The notes below the pieces were generated by a model, which ran no database searches, had not been told where the DNA came from, and saw nothing but the letters and a program-made list of their open reading frames with translations. Source: an uncultured Candidatus Saccharibacteria bacterium (GTDB taxonomy: Bacteria > Patescibacteriota > Minisyncoccia > Phycocordibacterales > DATDWN01). From it: a DNA stretch of 64,000 nucleotides. The stretch is from the NCBI GenBank assembly GCA_964551495.1, contig CAZKCA010000004.1:15439-79438 (forward strand), read 5' to 3'. This document shows, one piece after another, positions 61,975-64,000 of the stretch (positions are counted from its first letter, which is position 1; each line of letters opens with the position of its first letter). Position numbers and translations under genes: made by a program.

Positions 61975-62108
61975 AATATATCTAACTTTAAACAACTGAC
62001 TGTGTCCGCCATAGCCTGCCTTAGCAATCGACGGTGGGGCTAACCTCTAATATTAACTACATTAAAATACCATAATTACAAAAAATAAAAAAGGGTTATA
62101 ATATAGAC

Positions 62109-62372
62109 ATGGAAGAAGAAAAGCAAAATAAAAAACTATGGTTCAAAGCCAAAAGATTTGGTTGGGGCTGGTATCCAGCTTCTTGGGAAGGATGGCTTGT
62201 AACAATAGTATACATAGGAGTAATACTAGCTTTAGCATTTAGTCTAGATGAAAATTCAACAGACAAAGAAGCTTTGTTCGTACTAGTCTTACCTATGATT
62301 CTTTTAACAATAACTTTTATTCGTATTGCATACAGAACAGGAGAAAAGCCGAGATGGCGTTGGGGTAAGTAG
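62109..62372 (+). CDS. Small 2-TM membrane protein
   Basis: WFKAKRFGWGWYP..WEGW; C-terminal GEKPRWRWG. Confidence 0.75.
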   Translation: MEEEKQNKKLWFKAKRFGWGWYPASWEGWLVTIVYIGVILALAFSLDENSTDKEALFVLVLPMILLTITFIRIAYRTGEKPRWRWGK

Positions 62373-62403
62373 TTGAAAGGCCGGATAAAATCCGGCCTTT
62401 TGT

Positions 62404-62613
62404 TTAGAAAGAAAACTTGAGCTCAAGTGAAAGCTGTTGCTCAGGTAATCTTTCTGGTGGTTGTCCTTTGAGCTCAAACGGCTCGCATGGTTTACTGTGA
62501 CAATTCACACATGCAGTGTGAATAAAAAATTTTCCCCCTTCGGCAGAAAGGTGTTCTTTTAATTCCCCTTCACAGGTCCCGTGACCTGTGGGTTTCTGGC
62601 ATTTTTCTATCAC
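62404..62613 (-). CDS. Orphan micro-gene, 69 aa, Cys/His-rich
   Basis: AAAGGAGG SD; terminator AAAGGCCGGA/TCCGGCCTTT just after the stop. Confidence 0.55.
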   Translation of the reverse strand: MIEKCQKPTGHGTCEGELKEHLSAEGGKFFIHTACVNCHSKPCEPFELKGQPPERLPEQQLSLELKFSF

Positions 62614-62715
62614 TATTAGTGCCTCCTTTGAAAATATTACTCCTGTCTAAAAATAAAATCAATCCCGTAGTGAATTTGTTATACAAATATACTACGGGAT
62701 AAATCCCAAAACCAA

Positions 62716-64000
62716 CTAGTCTTGGTGTTCTATATCAAGCTTCTTTTTTGGTGTCACGCCATTTGCAATCAAAAGATTTTCAAATTCTTCTCTTTCTATC
62801 GTTTCAACTTCCATAAGTTTTATAGCTATACTATCCAAAAGCTTCCTGTTTTCTATAATTATTTTGTGAGCCTTTTCTTCTGCCTCTTTCATTATTTTTG
62901 AAACTTCTGCATCAATATCAGCCGCCACTTTTTCAGAAAAAGCTTTTTCTTCTACTCCTCTTCCAAACAAAACTTTTCCTCCTTGTCCTTCCAAAGCTAT
63001 TGGTCCAAGTTTTTCAGACATACCATATTTTGTAACCATTTCTCTAGCCAAAGCTGTTGAAACCTGTAAATCATTTGATGGACCTGTAGTTAAATCTTCA
63101 AATAATAACTTTTCTGTAACATATCCACCTAAAGATACTGCAATATCATCTAGAAACTCTTTCTTAGATTGTAATTTTCTGTCTTCTAACGGAAGTTTCA
63201 AAACATACCCAGCAGCTCTACCTCTAGAAATGATAGATATTTTGTGAACAGGATCAGCATAAGGAAGTATTGATGCAAGAACAGCGTGGCCCGCCTCATG
63301 ATAGGCTGTAATTTCTTTTTCTTTCTTTGAAAGGATATGGCTCTTTCTTTCTGGACCGAGCATAACTTTTTCAATAGAACGAATCAAATCATATTGAGAA
63401 ACTTGTGTTCTGTTTTCCCTAGCAGCCAATATTGCTCCCTCGTTCATAAGAGAGTGCAAATCTGCCCCAGAAAAACCTGGTGTTCTTTCAGCAATGACAG
63501 CCAAATTTACATCTTCAGCAAGAGGTTTCTTTACAGCATGAACTTTCAGTATTTCTTCTCTATCACCCCTATCTGGTAAATCCAAAGTTACTCTTCTATC
63601 AAATCTTCCTGGACGAAGTAAAGCAGGGTCCAAAACATCTGGCCTATTTGTTGCAGCCATAACAATAACCTTTTCATTTGGTTCAAAACCATCCATTTCT
63701 ACCAATATCTGATTTAGAGTTTGCTCTCTTTCGTCATTCCCTCCTCCTGCACCAACTCCTCTAACCCTTCCAACAGCATCTATTTCATCCACAAAAATAA
63801 TAGCAGGAGACATCTTCTTCGCCATCAAAAACAAATCTCTTACTCTACTTGCACCAACTCCAACAAACATCTCTACAAATTCAGAACCGGAAATAGAAAA
63901 GAATGCTACTCCAGCCTCCCCCGCCACAGCCCTAGCAAGCAAAGTTTTTCCTGTACCAGGAGCACCCATTAAAAGTATTCCTTTTGGAATTCTTGCTCCA
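62716..64000 (-). CDS. ftsH: ATP-dependent zinc metalloprotease FtsH (5' end outside window)
   Basis: [41 protein letters not shown]. Confidence 0.97.
   Translation of the reverse strand, partial: GARIPKGILLMGAPGTGKTLLARAVAGEAGVAFFSISGSEFVEMFVGVGASRVRDLFLMAKKMSPAIIFVDEIDAVGRVRGVGAGGGNDEREQTLNQILVEMDGFEPNEKVIVMAATNRPDVLDPALLRPGRFDRRVTLDLPDRGDREEILKVHAVKKPLAEDVNLAVIAERTPGFSGADLHSLMNEGAILAARENRTQVSQYDLIRSIEKVMLGPERKSHILSKKEKEITAYHEAGHAVLASILPYADPVHKISIISRGRAAGYVLKLPLEDRKLQSKKEFLDDIAVSLGGYVTEKLLFEDLTTGPSNDLQVSTALAREMVTKYGMSEKLGPIALEGQGGKVLFGRGVEEKAFSEKVAADIDAEVSKIMKEAEEKAHKIIIENRKLLDSIAIKLMEVETIEREEFENLLIANGVTPKKKLDIEHQD

Noticed and set aside
61822-62043. 73-aa ORF on the + strand
   Set aside because: Antisense to tRNA-Ile and its cassette.

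Overview
AT-rich bacterial chromosomal segment, most genes on the minus strand, standard genetic code (TGA stops used, RF2 present). Gene content and style (complete type IV pilus/comF cluster, cohesin/dockerin surface proteins, short GIY-YIG genes, leaderless starts) point by inference to a Patescibacteria/CPR (Parcubacteria-like) organism. In order: a GH130/mannose-phosphate cluster; pyrD; a 13-kb surface-protein locus (3 cohesins, 1 dockerin, a DUF916-like protein, 2 proteins with a shared WxL-like C-terminal domain, a serine beta-lactamase-like protein); pyrG, ftsEX, a shortened prfB, gatCA, ligA; the pil cluster and comF; a secreted metalloprotease; glyA, recG, murF and a partial ftsH; and 7 tRNA genes. 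The most unusual signals are non-coding. (1) Five of the seven tRNAs are followed by modular hairpin cassettes. Their ends are inverted and direct copies of that tRNA's own 3' end, while their internal modules are shared between different tRNAs and show compensatory base changes. (2) One GIY-YIG gene sits in a 316-bp element with terminal inverted repeats and a 4-bp duplication at the ftsE start codon; a second sits between duplicated tRNA-Ser 5' ends. (3) tRNA-Asp carries a group I intron in its anticodon. (4) A tRNA-Ile(UAU) is present. (5) Many promoter/SD/terminator-equipped orphan micro-genes and small-RNA-like units lie between leaderless housekeeping genes. All protein family calls come from motif recognition by eye, not database searches.
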